The notes under the pieces are model-generated. The model did not search any database. It was not told the origin of the DNA and saw nothing but the letters and a program-made list of their open reading frames with translations. DNA of 63,274 bases, the filler included, from Octopus bimaculoides (Eukaryota), in NCBI RefSeq assembly GCF_001194135.2. It is 6 parts of 6 records of this genome, joined end to end, with 100 filler letters (N's around TTAATTAATTAA, not from the genome) between each part and the next. Parts side by side here need not be neighbours in the genome. Positions count along the whole stretch, not along the records: positions 1 to 30,880 come from NC_068982.1; positions 30,981 to 38,106 come from NC_069006.1; positions 38,207 to 52,021 come from NC_068993.1; 3 more parts are not named here. One strand, written 5' to 3'. This document shows positions 27,151 to 38,292 of this stretch, piece by piece (the stretch's first letter is position 1; each line of letters begins with the position of its first letter). The translations under genes were made by a program, and so were the position numbers.

Positions 27151-28544
27151 GGGTGAAAACTCTTTATCACATANNNNNNNNNNNNNNNNNNNNNNNNNNN
27201 NNNNNNNNNNNNNNNNNNNNNNNNNNNNNNNNNNNNNNNNNNNNNNNNNNNNNNNNNNNNNNNNNNNNNNNNNNNNNNNNNNNNNNNNNNNNNNNNNNNN
27301 NNNNNNNNNNNNNNNNNNNNNNNNNNNNNNNNNNNNNNNNNNNNNNNNNNNNNNNNNNNNNNNNNNNNNNNNNNNNNNNNNNNNNNNNNNNNNNNNNNNN
27401 NNNNNNNNNNNNNNNNNNNNNNNNNNNNNNNNNNNNNNNNNNNNNNNNNNNNNNNNNNNNNNNNNNNNNNNNNNNNNNNNNNNNNNNNNNNNNNNNNNNN
27501 NNNNNNNNNNNNNNNNNNNNNNNNNNNNNNNNNNNNNNNNNNNNNNNNNNNNNNNNNNNNNNNNNNNNNNNNNNNNNNNNNNNNNNNNNNNNNNNNNNNN
27601 NNNNNNNNNNNNNNNNNNNNNNNNNNNNNNNNNNNNNNNNNNNNNNNNNNNNNNNNNNNNNNNNNNNNNNNNNNNNNNNNNNNNNNNNNNNNNNNNNNNN
27701 NNNNNNNNNNNNNNNNNNNNNCGATGGTGTGTTTAGGTCCCCATCATTTAGCACTTCGGCGAAAGAGACCGATAGAATAAATACTAGGCTTACAAAGAAT
27801 AACTCCTGAGGTCGATTTGCTCGACTAAAGGCGGTGCTTATTACCTCTCCGAAATTGCTGGCCTTGTATTTGTATGATCATCCCAACTTTTAAGATATTT
27901 TCGGCAATTTATAAAACTAAGTAATGCAGATTAAATTTCCGTCATCTTTGAATTTTGGCTCTTTGAAGACTTTGATAATTTGAAGGTGTGGGCTTTATAA
28001 TTGGTGAATATTTATTATATAAATGTTGATATTACATTTGCTGATTTTTTAAAAAGTATTTTTAAGTATTTCTAAAAGATTTACATCAATGTAAACAGTA
28101 TATTATGCAGATAAGTTTATTCGAAGTACGATAACAGTATGATAACAGTACGATATCCTTTCAAAGTAAATGGCACCAAAAATGTTCAGATCGTAACACA
28201 AACTCAAAGGCTGGAGCCATCTGAATATTGCCAGTCTTCCAAACACTCGCAGAGGACCACACCATAGGCTCTTACATTTCCCTTATTGGGCTGATCATTG
28301 ATCACTTAGGTTGCAGCTGTACTTTATAATTTTACTTTAAAATGCGGTAGTAAAGAGTAAACTTTTGAATCGATTTGAAATTAAAATCAAATTTTGCCAA
28401 GTTTTGCACCGCACTATTAAAGTGGTTCAAGGAAACTGTTGCGTATCACTTGCTTTACATAGCTAAAAATGATCCACGGGAAATGGATGGCCTTTCATTG
28501 AATATTTCATGTTATAATTCTAAACTAGTTTTCAAGAAAAAAAA

Positions 28545-28694
28545 GTTGTGTGGTAAGTAGCTTGCTTACCAACCACATGGTTCTGGGTTCAGTCCCACTG
28601 CGTAGCACCTTGGACAAGTGTCTTCTACAATGACCTCGGGCCGACCAAAGCCTTGTGGGTGGATTTGGTAGACGGAAACTGACAGAAGCCCGTC

Positions 28695-28729
<35 letters not shown>

Positions 28730-29010
28730 TATTTCCATATTTGGGTACAGGACGTGATGAAAAGTGTACAACAAAAAATACGAAGTACAATTACATAGAA
28801 TATGAACTATGTTTGTGTGTCTGTGTTTGTCCCCCCAACTTCACTTGACAACCGATGCTGGTGTGTTTACGTCCCCGTCACTTAGCGGTTCGGCAAAAGA
28901 GATCGATAGAATAAGTACTAGGCTTACAAAGAGTAAGTCCTGGGGGCGATGTGCTCGAGTAAAGGCGGTGCTCCGGCATGGCCGCAGTCAAATGACTGAA
29001 ACAAGTAAAA
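28545..29010 (+). mobile_element. Composite SINE: family B head, (TA)n, module C
   Basis: B head at 28545-28696; module C (tttgtccccccaac..cttagcggttcggcaaaagaga..gagtaaaaga) at 28808-29010. Confidence 0.85.
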
Positions 29011-30665
29011 GAGTAAAAGAATGTGTTGTCACTTGTAACATGGACTATTCGTACGTAAGACAATACATATACGATGACACTCAAACATAACATCTAACAT
29101 TCGTCAAATATATAGAAAATGAAAACTTTCGATCTAATTAATGAAAGTACCATTTGCCGCGTTGCGTTTTGGTGTTAGAAAATTGTTTTCATCATTTCGT
29201 AGCTCCTCGTTATTTATCTTTAAAAATTAATCTTTTCAACCAGTAGATCAAGTCAAAACTTTTGCTATTTGAAAAAAAAAATGTGTATATTATCCATCTT
29301 TTGTGAAACACATCTAGTGACCCTTGATTTCTTCTAGGCTCTTTTCCATTTTATTAACTCTGGAGGAATAAAAACCAATTCTCACCCAACCAGATTTGAT
29401 GTCAGAACTGAGAGGCATACCATATGTATAAAAATACTTCTGAATCGGTTTTACCTTTCAAACTCGGCTTCGATATTAGGAATACGTAATCTATAGATAG
29501 GTGCAGACAATAAATTCATGTCTACTTCTGATTTTTCAAAAATCACTCCGTCTATCTCTCTAGTAATCCTTTCACTCTATTGTCTTAATAGCAGCTATAA
29601 TATATCCAACAATTCAAACAAGTGGATCGTATTTTAAAGTTCATGACAACGTAGATAAAAAAAAAATATGTATAATGGATAACGTATTCAAAAGTTTGCA
29701 CGGTATAAAGTTCTTATAAAACAAGGCGAAACATGTTATAAAATACAATTTGTTCCTTCTTTGCTATTTTCTCATACATAAGACCTGAAATATATCAGTA
29801 GAAAGTCAGGAAATTGTAAATTTTAAATATATGACCAGTTATTTTGTTTGCTTGTTTTTAATCGATAAAATGTTTTTAAATATTGGTAAAAAAAAAGTTA
29901 CTGGTTGGCCCAAATAATCATATTTCTGTTAACAGTGATTTTGAAAGCTAAACACATGAGAATGGGTAAAAAGAGCGGGGCTGTTACACGTGCAAATGGT
30001 ATCTGATCCACTGGGTGTAGCACCCCAAAATATTTCATTTTATATGGAAGTAGGTTTGATCAGTGTGCGACCTCAATAATGAAAATTAGGTCTTTACAGG
30101 CCATATAAAAACCGGCTAAGATGATGGTTCAAAAAATACTTCGGGATCAGTTACAATTATTAAAGAATATATAATCTATGAATAATTGAAAAGAATATAT
30201 TCATATCGTTTTTTGCATAATGAAATATTACTTTTAAATTTCCCCGCAAATTTGAATTTTGCAATGTGTGCACGCGAATGTGTGTTTATGCGTGCGTACG
30301 TAAATTTTTCGTACATAGGTGTGGTAAATCTATTAATAGAAATGATACCATAATAAAAAGTAGGCTGAAAATATCGTAACGTTCACGGCTTTCATAAGAT
30401 AAATATTTGTAACCGAGTTTCGAAATTCCCCCCAGAGTGAATTTATGTCCCACACCTCTCCTCCTTTGACATATGTCTCTAATATTAAATATCTCAATAG
30501 TTTACTACGCGTATGGATAGGTATTCACAACCAGCATCACTGGAATAACAACGTAAATACCGAACTGAAGACAAACGAAATCTAAAGTGGTGTAATTATA
30601 TAAAGAGCGCGATGTACAGAAAACATCTCTTCCACTCCATCTCTCTCCACCCTTCTATATATAGT

Positions 30666-30719
<54 letters not shown>

Positions 30720-30808
30720 CATACATACATACACAACTTACAAAAAAATAGACATACAAAAAGCATACACATGTACACATTTAGACATATGTATATGTGT
30801 GTGTATAT

Positions 30809-30880
30809 GACTTTCCGTATTCCCGAGCGTCATACTAATATATACTTTTGTTATTTACACCACCTGTCCTCGTCTGTTGT
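30809..30880 (+). mobile_element. Family 1 element fragment starting just after the ribozyme cleavage site
   Basis: gactttccgtattcccgagcgtcatactaatatatacttttgttatttacaccacctgtcctcgtctgttgt matches the reverse complement of about 24633-24703. Confidence 0.65.
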
Positions 30881-30980
30881 NNNNNNNNNNNNNNNNNNNN
30901 NNNNNNNNNNNNNNNNNNNNNNNNTTAATTAATTAANNNNNNNNNNNNNNNNNNNNNNNNNNNNNNNNNNNNNNNNNNNN
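30881..30980. other. Artificial contig-join spacer (44N-TTAATTAATTAA-44N)
   Basis: Identical 100-bp structure at five sites; the linker gives stops in all six frames. Confidence 0.95.
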
Positions 30981-31243
30981 ACTGTCTGAGCGTGTTCATT
31001 GTCAGTGGAGCAATAACAGCACTGTCTGAACGTGTTCATTGCTAGTGGAGCACTAACAGCACTGTCTGAGCGTGTTCATTGCCAGTGGAGCACTAACAGC
31101 ACTGTCTGAACGTGTTCATTGCCAGTGGAGCACTAACAGCACTGTCTGAGCGTGTTCATTGCCAGTGGAGCACTAACAGCACTGTCTGAGCGTGTTCATT
31201 GCCAGTGGAGCACTAACAGCACCGTCCGAGCGTGTTCAGTGCC
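30981..31243. repeat. 40-bp minisatellite, about 6.5 near-identical units
   Basis: Unit actgtctgagcgtgttcattgccagtggagcactaacagc. Confidence 0.95.
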
Positions 31244-32016
31244 AGAGTTCAAATTCCTCTGAGGTTGACTTTGCCTTTCATCCTTTTGGAGTTAATTAAA
31301 TAAGTACCGGTTATGCAATTGCGTCGATTTAATCAATTGGCCCCCTCCCGCAAAATGTCAGGCTTAATGCCTGTAGTAGAAAGGATTATTATTATTATTG
31401 CTGTTGTTGTTATTAAGGTGGTGAGCAGGCAGAATCGTTACCATATCAGGAAAAATGCTTAATGATGTTTCTTTCAGCTCTTTACATCCTGAGCTCAAAT
31501 GCTGTCAAGGTCGACTTGGCCCTTTACCATTCGATGTTTGTTGAAAGAAGCACCAGTCAAATACAGGGCTCAATGTGATGAACTTAAACCTGCAAGTAGA
31601 TTTGGTAGACAGAAACTGAAAGAAGCCTTCATAAATACATGTGTGTATGTGTGTGTGTACGGCTGTATGTGTGTGTGTGTGTACGCCTGTATGTATGTGT
31701 GTGTGTGTATATGTGTACTCCTATGTCTGTTCATGTGTTCTAGTCTTCAGATTATGTGGTAGTTGTAAATGAGTATTACTGTCATACAAGCAGTGTCATT
31801 CACTTCCAATCTTCCATGGAACAAGGCCTGAAATTTTGGGGGAGGGGCCTAGTCGATTAGATCGACTCCAGTATGTGACTGGTACTTAATTTATAGACCC
31901 CGAAAAGACGAAAGGCAATGCTGACCTTGGCAGAATTTGAACTCAGAACCTAAAGACAGACGAAATATCACTAAGCATTTTACCCAGTGTGGTAACAATT
32001 CTGCCAGATCACCACC
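31243..32016. mobile_element. Cluster of SINE A pieces (+ 31243-31386, + 31415-31530, - 31820-32016) with an intervening family B fragment
   Basis: Family A central block present in both orientations. Confidence 0.75.
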
Positions 32017-32224
32017 TTATGCCTTGTAAAATATGACCTTGCTTAGAAATAGGAGAGGGTTGTCAACAAAAAGCCATATGACCACTGGAAAATCTGCCTC
32101 AATGAATGCCATCTAACCCATGTCAGCATGCAAAAGGGGACACTAAAACGATGATGATGATGATGATATCTGTTTCACTGGCTCATAATTGACAGGTAAA
32201 ATTTGAACAGCATCTCCTTTATTT

Positions 32225-32620
32225 TTTATTCATCATCATCATTTAACATCCGCTTTCCATGCTAGAATGGGTTGGATGATTTGACTGGCGACTGGCGAAC
32301 GAGATGGCTACACAATCCAATCTGGCAGAGTTTCTACAGCTGGATGCCCTTCCTAACACCAACCACTCTGGGAGTGGTTGGTGTTAGAAACCAACCACTC
32401 TGGCAACGGCCACACTCAAATGGTGTTTTTTTACATGCCACCTGCACAGGAGCCAGTCCAATGTTTTGTTCACATGCCACCGGCAGAAGTGCCAGTAAGG
32501 CGAAGCTGGAAACGATCGTGCTTTTTACGTGCCACGAGCATGGAAGCGAGACCGCTGCTCTGGCAGTGATCCCACTTGGATGGTGCTGTTAGCGCTCCAC
32601 TGGCATGGGTGCCAGTCATC
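32225..32620 (-). mobile_element. Retroposon 3'-end family E with a (GAT)n tail
   Basis: Tail aacccat.ctagcatggaaagcggatgttaaatgatgatgatga on the minus strand; related tails at about 32040-32170(+), 34450-34620(+) and 37915-37950. Confidence 0.6.
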
Positions 32621-32627
32621 GGTTTTG

Positions 32628-32779
32628 TTCAGTTTCTGTCTACCAAATCCACTCACAAGGTTTTGGTCAGCCCAAGGCTATAGTAGATGACACTTGCCCA
32701 AGGTGCCACGCAGTGGGACTGAACCCAGAGCCATGTGGTTGATAAGCAAGCTACTTACCACACAGCCACTCCTGCACCT
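32628..32779 (-). mobile_element. SINE family B
   Basis: Full head aggtgcaggagtggctgtgtggtaagtagcttgctt on the minus strand. Confidence 0.85.
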
Positions 32780-32799
32780 ATAAATATATATATATTTAT

Positions 32800-33100
32800 A
32801 GTGTAAAGAGCCCCTTCGTTCATGAATGACCATCGGGTTGCACCTAGAAAGTTCCCTTCCAAGGCACAAGTCTAGGCAAGGTTGTTTATGAAAGAGCAGC
32901 AGTCGCCAATGCAGACCAACCTCCCTTCTCTACACCACTGATGTTATCCAAGAGAAAGGCAAAGGGGCTGATACAGCTTGCCACTAGTGACGTTGCAATT
33001 CATTCCTACAGCTGAGTGAATTGGAGCAATGGTCCAGGGATCAAACTCATTACCTCATGATTGTGAGCATGACATTCTAACCACTGAGCCATGTGCCTTC
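32800..33100 (-). mobile_element. Another tRNA-derived SINE (family F)
   Basis: Minus head gtgaaggcacatggctcagtggttag..gagtttgatccc. Confidence 0.65.
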
Positions 33101-33144
33101 ACAAAGGAAAAGTCGGCTTTGGTGGAATTTGAACTCAAATCGTA

Positions 33145-33366
33145 GCCGAACAATTATTCTGTGCTGATGAAGAGAAATACCCCAGAAATCGTGATACACA
33201 GACATTGTTTTGAGCTGAGTGGGGGTGCTAGATTCCTTTGTTTGAAAATACAATGACACAGATCGTGTCATATAGCCAGCTGGAGATGATGTCTGTTGGG
33301 GCTAAATTACAGCAACATTCGTCCTAAATCAGGACTGCCATGTTATGTTGACAAACAATCTTTACT
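33145..33366 (+). mobile_element. Hammerhead-led non-autonomous retroelement (retrozyme/Penelope-like), 222 bp, inserted in a SINE A
   Basis: Flanked by the direct repeat tcaaatcgta (33135-33144 and 33367-33376), which splits an otherwise continuous SINE A. A second copy lies at 52843-53041 (-). Confidence 0.75.
33158..33202 (+). ncRNA. Minimal type I hammerhead ribozyme motif, family 3
   Basis: tctgtg-CUGAUGA-a-gagaaatacccc-a-GAAA-UCGUGA-UA-cacaga. Canonical core, 6-bp stem I, near-palindromic stem III AUCGUGAU; stem II has one mismatch. Confidence 0.75.
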
Positions 33367-34142
33367 TCAAATCGTAAAGACGGAAGAAATACCACTGAAC
33401 ATCTCGCTTGGTGTGCTAATGGCTCTGCCAGCTTGGTAGTCTATGTTCACCCAGAAATATGGATCACCATGTAATATGTCTGCACGTGTGTAATTGTGTG
33501 CAGACCCTTTGGAGGAGGTGTCGGTGAACTCCGCCCAGGAATAATGGACAGAGAAGACAGATGGATGGTTGGATGGACTTTAATAACCATTTCATAACCA
33601 CAGACATCATCCACAGATTGAGAATAAAACATTCATGTTTGTTTACTTCTTTGTACTCCTGACAATAAATACAACAAACTCAAGTCCAAACTCTGGAGAA
33701 AAGCTGTCCTTTCATTAAGTAACATTACTCTCCAGGTTTATTATCATTATTATTATATCTCGTCTACTTAACTTATTAAAAACTCAACATAAGACACAAA
33801 TACTATATTGATTATTTTAAGTGGAACTTGTTTCTGTTTCTGCAGCCTGATTGTTCTTTGACTTGATAACAATATTGATAACAATAAACAATGGTAGAGT
33901 TGTTTGAGCAGCGAATAAAAAAAAAAGTGTTTTGAGGTATTTGGTCCCACTCCTTCCATTCTGATTTCAAATCTTGCTGACATCGTCATCGTCTTTTCAT
34001 TCAAAAATAGGAAATTGATAGCCATTGCAGCATCAGATACAATGGATTTCTGTTATGCTGAATCTTGTGAAGGAGATAACAAGCAACTGAGATATGTGGT
34101 GCATTGTTGTACTCAACAAGATCTGCCCACCTAAGTAAAAAA

Positions 34143-34452
34143 CACTGGTGCTGGTGCCACATAAAGGGCACAGATGCTGGTGCCACATAAAAAGCACCGA
34201 TGCTGGTGCCACATAAAAAGCACTGGTGATGGTGCCACATAAAAAGCACTGGTGATGGTGCCACATAAAAGGCACAGGTGATGGTGCCACATAAAAAGTA
34301 CAGGTGCTGATTCCACATAAAAAGCACCAATGCTGGTGTCATGTAAAAGACACTGGTGATGGTGCCACATAAAAAAACACTAGTTCTTGTACCACATAAA
34401 AGGCACCAATGCTGGTTCCACATAAAAGGCACTGGTGATGGTGCCACATAAA
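34143..34452. repeat. 25-26-bp minisatellite, about 12 units, inside a family E element
   Basis: Unit ggtgccacataaaaagcactggtgat and variants. Confidence 0.9.
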
Positions 34453-34925
34453 AATCCCCCAGTCAACTCTGCAAAGTGGTTGGCATTAAGAAGAGCATCC
34501 AAACATAGAAACCAAGCCAAATCAGACTGGAACCTGGTGCAGCTCTCCAGCCTTACCAGCTCTGGTCAAACCGTCCAACCCATGCCAGCACGGAAAGCAG
34601 GCATTAAAGGATGACGAATCTTGTCCCTTCTGTTCTGAGTTCAAATCTTGATGTGATCAACATTACCTTCCACCCAATGGCAGCAAAATGGCAAAGTCAT
34701 TTGAGCAGCAGATGAAACAGCCTGCAATGGTTGTTCCAGATCCTTCTGTTAAGAGATCAGATTCTGTTGAATTCAGCTTTGCTTTTCAAACCCCTGGGTT
34801 TAATAAAATAAAGCACCGGCCAAGTCCTGGGACCAATGCTACCAGCAATTCCGCTTCTACCAAAATTACTGGCTTTGCACCTAAATCAGAAGCCAATATT
34901 TCATTTGATACAGAACAGTGATGTA

Positions 34926-35078
34926 CACTAGCATAACTAGGGGGAGGGCATAGGAGCAGTCCACCCGGGGTGGCACTTTTGGCTCTGCTGTAGGCAACAT
35001 GTGTCTCTTTGTGGGGTCCAGAGGGCAGCAAATGGAAGGGCCGCCCTGGGTGGCACACATACTCTAGCTACGCTAATG
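34926..35078 (+). mobile_element. GC-rich hAT-like MITE
   Basis: Imperfect TIRs cactagcataactag / ctagctacgctaatg; a homologous copy lies at 36864-37051. Confidence 0.55.
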
Positions 35079-35089
35079 GCAATGTGGCA

Positions 35090-35290
35090 TAATGAGCAAA
35101 ATGCTTAGCAGTATTTCGTAGTCTTAACGCTCTGAGCTAAAATTCCGCCAAGGTTGACTTTGCCTTTCATCCTTTTGAGGTATCGATAAAACAAGTACCA
35201 ACTGAATACTGAGGTTGATGTAATTGACTAGCCCCTCCCCCTCGCCTCCACTTCTCACAAACTTGCTGGCCTTGTGCCAAAATTGGAAAC
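35090..35290 (+). mobile_element. SINE family A
   Basis: Family A central block and tail; another copy lies at about 37050-37225 (+). Confidence 0.8.
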
Positions 35291-35310
35291 TATTATTATT
35301 ATTAAGGTTA

Positions 35311-35647
35311 TCTATATATATAAAAATGAGAATGTGTGTCTGTCTGTCTGTCTGTGTGAATCCCTAAAACTCGAGAACTACGCAACCAATTTCATTCAAA
35401 TTTTACAGATGCCTTACTTAGGGTTCCAGTTGTGTTTTAGTCAAACAAAATTTTAACTTCTTGCAGAGTTCGAGCCCACGGCAACATAATATCTCCTCCA
35501 CTATTTAAGTATTATGTGTCAAAAGTGAAACAAAAACACTCATGTCAAATACTTTCACTTTAAAAATGAAACTATTCCACTAACTGAAACAATCACATTT
35601 CGATACTGTAGTGACAGATACTTTCACAGAGAGAGAAAGAGAGAAAG
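35311..35647 (+). mobile_element. Non-autonomous Helitron 5' portion (runs into a gap)
   Basis: A|TCTATATATATAAAAATGAGAATG start followed by (CTGT)n, the typical layout of non-autonomous Helitron 5' ends. Confidence 0.6.
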
Positions 35648-36732
35648 NNNNNNNNNNNNNNNNNNNNNNNNNNNNNNNNNNNNNNNNNNNNNNNNNNNNN
35701 NNNNNNNNNNNNNNNNNNNNNNNNNNNNNNNNNNNNNNNNNNNNNNNNNNNNNNNNNNNNNNNNNNNNNNNNNNNNNNNNNNNNNNNNNNNNNNNNNNNN
35801 NNNNNNNNNNNNNNNNNNNNNNNNNNNNNNNNNNNNNNNNNNNNNNNNNNNNNNNNNNNNNNNNNNNNNNNNNNNNNNNNNNNNNNNNNNNNNNNNNNNN
35901 NNNNNNNNNNNNNNNNNNNNNNNNNNNNNNNNNNNNNNNNNNNNNNNNNNNNNNNNNNNNNNNNNNNNNNNNNNNNNNNNNNNNNNNNNNNNNNNNNNNN
36001 NNNNNNNNNNNNNNNNNNNNNNNNNNNNNNNNNNNNNNNNNNNNNNNNNNNNNNNNNNNNNNNNNNNNNNNNNNNNNNNNNNNNNNNNNNNNNNNNNNNN
36101 NNNNNNNNNNNNNNNNNNNNNNNNNNNNNNNNNNNNNNNNNNNNNNNNNNNNNNNNNNNNNNNNNNNNNNNNNNNNNNNNNNNNNNNNNNNNNNNNNNNN
36201 NNNNNNNNNNNNNNNNNNNNNNNNNNNNNNNNNNNNNNNNNNNNNNNNNNNNNNNNNNNNNNNNNNNNNNNNNNNNNNNNNNNNNNNNNNNNNNNNNNNN
36301 NNNNNNNNNNNNNNNNNNNNNNNNNNNNNNNNNNNNNNNNNNNNNNNNNNNNNNNNNNNNNNNNNNNNNNNNNNNNNNNNNNNNNNNNNNNNNNNNNNNN
36401 NNNNNNNNNNNNNNNNNNNNNNNNNNNNNNNNNNNNNNNNNNNNNNNNNNNNNNNNNNNNNNNNNNNNNNNNNNNNNNNNNNNNNNNNNNNNNNNNNNNN
36501 NNNNNNNNNNNNNNNNNNNNNNNNNNNNNNNNNNNNNNNNNNNNNNNNNAAACCTATTTGTATATGCTCCACAAGGGAAAACAAGGAACATAGTTTACAA
36601 TGAGGTGTTATAATCACAACAGCAAGAAAGTATGTACATGATCACCTTCTTTTACGAAACTTCATTGACTTTCATATATTTATATTGATATACATATATA
36701 TACGTGTGTTTGGGTGCGTGTGTGTATATACA

Positions 36733-36823
36733 TCTCTCTATATAAAGATGATGCGTAATCTAGACGGCGTTTTTAGATTTCATTATTCTCTTTAACCCGG
36801 GCAACGCCGGGTATTTCTGCTAG
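36733..36823 (+). mobile_element. Minimal 91-bp Helitron-like element
   Basis: A|TC start, GC hairpin cccgg-gcaacg-ccggg (36796-36811), 8-nt spacer, CTAG|T end. Confidence 0.75.
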
Positions 36824-36863
36824 TTAATAATAATTTTGTGTGTATAAGATGATGGGCTGGTGC

Positions 36864-37051
36864 CACTGGCATAGCTGGCAGCACTGGTGCAGCTGGGGGG
36901 AGGGGCAGTAGGGGCGGTTCACCCCAGGTGGCACTTTTAAAGGGGCGGCACTTATTGTCTGCTGTAGGCAGTATGTGTTTGTTTTGTGGAGTCCAAGGGC
37001 CGGCAAAGGAAAGGGCTGCTCTGGGCTGCACAGACTTTAGCTATGCTAATG
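36864..37051 (+). mobile_element. Second copy of the GC-rich hAT-like MITE
   Basis: TIRs cactggcatagctgg / ttagctatgctaatg; shares ggtggcactttt and tctgctgtaggca blocks with 34926-35078. Confidence 0.55.
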
Positions 37052-37247
37052 GCTGGCAGAGTCATTAGAATGCTGGGAAAAGTGCTTAGTGGTATTTCGT
37101 CTGTCACGAATTCCACTGAGGTCAACTTTGCCTTTCATCCTTTTGGTGCGGGTCAATAAAATAAATACCAGGTTGATGTAATCAACTGACCCCCATCCCC
37201 CACAACTGTGCCACGTATTTGAAATCCACAATTTTGTGTCTCTCTTA

Positions 37248-37668
37248 CTCTTTCACTTGTTTCAGTCATTCGACTGTGGCCTTGCTGGAGCATCACCTTA
37301 AAGGGTTTTTAGTTGAAGAAATCAATCCCAGAACTTATTTTTTAAAGCCTAATGCTTATTCTATCAGCATCTTTTCCTGAACTGCTAAGTTACAGTGACT
37401 TAAACACACCAACATCAGCTGTCAAGCGATGGTGGTGGTGGGGGGGGTCAACTACAGACACAGAGACACGCACACACATAAATATATATGTATATATATG
37501 ACAGGCTTCTTTCAATTTCTGTCTATGAAATATATGCATACACACACTCATAGATGAAAGGTTTTGGTCAGCCCAAGGCTACAGTAGAACTTGCCCAGGG
37601 TACCACGCAGTGGAACTGAACCTGGAACCATGTGGTTGGGAAGCAAGCTTCTTACCACACAGCCACGC
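37248..37668 (-). mobile_element. Composite SINE B+C
   Basis: C at 37248-37440, B at 37500-37668. Another B+C at about 42445-42710(-). Isolated C modules at about 4975-5075, 9330-9600, 12075-12230, 22370-22565, 23320-23490, 27722-27840, 52165-52430. Confidence 0.8.
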
Positions 37669-37795
37669 CTTTGACTATTGTGGGTGTTATGTTCCCAAAC
37701 CCCCTGTGATAGGTGAAAATCCACAAAGTAGAAATAGTACTGTATTGTATATATTTTTTTATTACTTCTACAATTTGTATATATTTATTTTACTA

Positions 37796-37870
37796 CTAGC
37801 AGAAATACCCGGCTTTGCCCGGGTTAAAGAGAATAATGAAATCTAAAAACGCCGTCTAGACTACGCAACC
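37796..37870 (-). mobile_element. Helitron 3' end of the same family, opposite orientation
   Basis: Reverse complement of about 36755-36823 including the hairpin and CTAG|T. Confidence 0.75.
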
Positions 37871-38106
37871 CTCAACTGTTAGTAGCTACGATACCATATT
37901 TCTACATTAATAACTCTCCAATCCATGCCAGCATGGAACATAGACATTAAGTGGAATGCCAGTCTCTCATCTAGGAGGGCCTTGAAATCAATGTTACCAA
38001 CTGGGGACTATGTGTGTCGCAGTGATAATAAAAAGACCCAAAGGAGGTCTGCAACGAAATAATTTTACTCAACACTTTGCAAGTGAATCAGTGGAGGCAA
38101 AGATGC

Positions 38107-38206
38107 NNNNNNNNNNNNNNNNNNNNNNNNNNNNNNNNNNNNNNNNNNNNTTAATTAATTAANNNNNNNNNNNNNNNNNNNNNNNNNNNNNNNNNNNNNN
38201 NNNNNN
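38107..38206. other. Artificial contig-join spacer
   Basis: 44N-TTAATTAATTAA-44N. Confidence 0.95.
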
Positions 38207-38241
38207 ATATATACATATATGAATATATTTATATATGTATG

Positions 38242-38292
<51 letters not shown>

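Larger units (their letters stand above)
33103..33435 (-). mobile_element. SINE family A split by the hammerhead element insertion
   Basis: ggaatttgaactcaaatcgta...tcaaatcgtaaagacgg rejoins to the family A pattern. Confidence 0.75.

Noticed and set aside
28150-28320. Minus-frame VRAYGVVLCECL resembling kinase subdomain IX
   Set aside because: The frame is short and bounded by stops, with no other kinase motifs or exon boundaries.
30981-34452. CRISPR-like appearance of the 40-bp and 26-bp arrays
   Set aside because: Head-to-tail tandem units without unique spacers, in eukaryotic context with no cas genes.
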